Assembly (NCBI GenBank): GCA_018823285.1
Contig: JAHJIQ010000010.1
Coordinates: 15,808-79,807, forward strand
From: Pseudomonadota bacterium
Lineage (GTDB): Bacteria; Desulfobacterota; Desulfobulbia; Desulfobulbales; JAGXFP01
Direction: 5' to 3'
Length of the DNA: 64,000 nt
Both the position numbers and the translations under genes were made by a program. Positions 62,555 through 64,000 of this stretch are shown here, in pieces (within the stretch, counting starts at the first letter, position 1; each line of letters opens with the position of its first letter). Below the pieces are notes generated by a model. That model did no database searches. It was not told the origin of the DNA and was given only the letters and a program-made list of their open reading frames with translations.

Positions 62555-64000
62555 ATGTTCCGGATAGGTATTGTGAAATTAATATTAAGTGTAGTTTTAC
62601 TGTTTAGCACTACGGTCCCAGTTTGCTCTATTGCGGCTATGAGTAGCAGTAATTACGATATAACTTCTATACAGGAGAATCACGGGAGTGGTGCGCGAGG
62701 ATCGACCAATTATCTGGTAGTTTCAGATGGAATCAACAAGCCGCTATGCAGCAACTCGGTTAGTAGTAATTATTCCATCTCTTGTAAAACCAGAAATGTT
62801 GTGGTTGCAAACGTTACCACCTGCGGGATTATCGTTGATGGTGGGGCAGCGATAACTTCGTCAATTTCGGTCAACCTGGGCCTGATCTGCGGTGATTCGA
62901 CCGGCTGTGCTGAAATGTCACTTTCAGACAACGGGGTTGCCTGGTCATCACCGGAACTCTACGCTACAGATAAATCATGGAATTTGGTGGCAAACGACGG
63001 GCCGCGCAAAGTTTTTGTCAAGTACAAGAACGGCAATGGCGACTGGTCGGGTGCTTGTAGTGATTCGATCATTCTTGATACTACCCCACCGGCAACGACT
63101 ATTTCCCCAACTGGCGGAACTTTCATGGATCCCCAGTCGGTGGCGATTACAGCCAGTGAAGAGTCAACCATCTACTACGCAACTGACGGTAGTGAGCCAA
63201 CCATCGCATCAAATGTCTACTCCGGTCCGGTCTCAGTAAGCGCTGATAGCACACTTAAAGCCTTCGCGGTTGATATGGTTGGCAACACCGGGAATGTGGT
63301 CAGCCAGGAGTACGAGATCTGCACTGGCTCCAACCTGTCGATCACCGGGATGGTCAAGGATGCCACCACTGATGAAGGGATGCCACTAGTCACTATCACC
63401 CTTGATTCAGGCCATTCCACTTCTACTGATATAAACGGCAACTACTCCTTTACCGGGTTGCCGCGCGATTATTACCTGATCGAAGAGGCGACTACAGCTT
63501 CTCCGGGTTACGTTACCTACCAGGAGCGGCTTAAACTCTGCAAGACATCGGTAGCACATGACATTATCCTGACCAGGGACGCGACGGTCTTCGGGACCAA
63601 TACTAATTCCGGCTACTCATCCGATTCGGTCAACACCTCTACCGGCAACTTTGTCTATGGTATGGCTGATCTGGCCATTCCCGGGCGCGGCATGTCTTTC
63701 GCCTTTGAGAGAACCTATAACTCTCAGGATGGTACGGACGGGCCGCTGGGCTTTGGCTGGACTCATAACTACAATATCTCGCTTTCAATTGGCGGTAGCG
63801 GAGAAGTTATAGTCCGCTGGGGTGATGGACGGACCGAGGTCTGGAGTCCTGACGGTGGTGGTGGATTCACTCCGATGTATGGGGTGTTCTCGACCCTGAT
63901 CGACAATGGTGACAGCACCTTCACCCTGCGCCAGAAAGATATGATCGAGTACCGGTTCAATATCGCAAACCAGATCTCCGAGATTGTTGACGAGTACGGC
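62555..64000 (+). CDS. RHS/YD-repeat protein 3, 5' part (runs off the window; not in ORF track)
   Basis: My own translation from ATG 62555 stays open for 482 codons to the window end: MFRIGIVKLILSVVLLFSTTVPVCS...STIYYATDGSEPT...NGNYSFTGLPRDYYLI...GFGWTHNYNISL...RQKDMIEYRFN. It is collinear with the RHS1 and RHS2 N-termini. Confidence 0.85.
   Translation, partial: MFRIGIVKLILSVVLLFSTTVPVCSIAAMSSSNYDITSIQENHGSGARGSTNYLVVSDGINKPLCSNSVSSNYSISCKTRNVVVANVTTCGIIVDGGAAITSSISVNLGLICGDSTGCAEMSLSDNGVAWSSPELYATDKSWNLVANDGPRKVFVKYKNGNGDWSGACSDSIILDTTPPATTISPTGGTFMDPQSVAITASEESTIYYATDGSEPTIASNVYSGPVSVSADSTLKAFAVDMVGNTGNVVSQEYEICTGSNLSITGMVKDATTDEGMPLVTITLDSGHSTSTDINGNYSFTGLPRDYYLIEEATTASPGYVTYQERLKLCKTSVAHDIILTRDATVFGTNTNSGYSSDSVNTSTGNFVYGMADLAIPGRGMSFAFERTYNSQDGTDGPLGFGWTHNYNISLSIGGSGEVIVRWGDGRTEVWSPDGGGGFTPMYGVFSTLIDNGDSTFTLRQKDMIEYRFNIANQISEIVDEYG

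Larger units (their letters stand above)
48999..64000 (+). repeat. three tandem paralogous gene modules (secreted N-domain/collar protein followed by an RHS giant)
   Basis: The gene order is repeated three times. Paralogs align along their whole length at the protein level. DNA identity is locally high, for example 52173-52237 versus 58271-58335 (65 nt, 6 mismatches). Confidence 0.7.

Noticed and set aside
1-64000. Window-wide search for CRISPR arrays, rRNA/tRNA genes, integrases/transposases, T6SS (PAAR/VgrG) genes, a PLD (HxKxxxxD) DrmC-like gene and a glycyl-radical enzyme.
   Set aside because: None was recognised by eye in any frame. Absence cannot be proven without HMM or covariance-model searches (tRNAscan-SE, Infernal, Pfam).

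Overview
This looks like a bacterial accessory region, coded almost entirely on the + strand. I found no rRNA, tRNA, CRISPR array, integrase or transposase, and I cannot assign a taxon from the sequence alone. All domain calls come from reading motifs by eye; no searches were run. The window falls into five blocks. (1) 1-4.3 kb is an AT-rich stretch of small genes: a glycine-zipper protein, an FGE/SUMF1-domain protein and small membrane proteins. (2) 4.5-31.5 kb is a roughly 27 kb translationally coupled operon. Its core resembles class 1 DISARM or Druantia: an SNF2 helicase, a 1575-aa N6-adenine methyltransferase and a 2129-aa DExH helicase-DUF1998 protein. It has no PLD gene and carries extra genes: a 2538-aa protein with two sacsin-type GHKL ATPase modules, a second SNF2 helicase, a UvrD-like helicase and a small, possibly frameshifted, PD-(D/E)xK nuclease. 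(3) 31.8-35.6 kb is a Lamassu system of the Cap4-nuclease type (LmuA/LmuC/LmuB). (4) 36.6-48.2 kb is a five-gene coupled operon: a coiled-coil Upf1-like SF1 helicase, a PIN-domain protein, an unknown protein, a ClpB-type AAA+ ATPase and an orphan NrdG-like radical-SAM activase. It matches no named system I know and is my best candidate for an undescribed defence system. (5) 49-64 kb holds three tandem modules, each a secreted collar/lectin-like protein followed by a giant RHS/YD-repeat protein. The RHS C-terminal tips are unusual and no immunity genes are evident.
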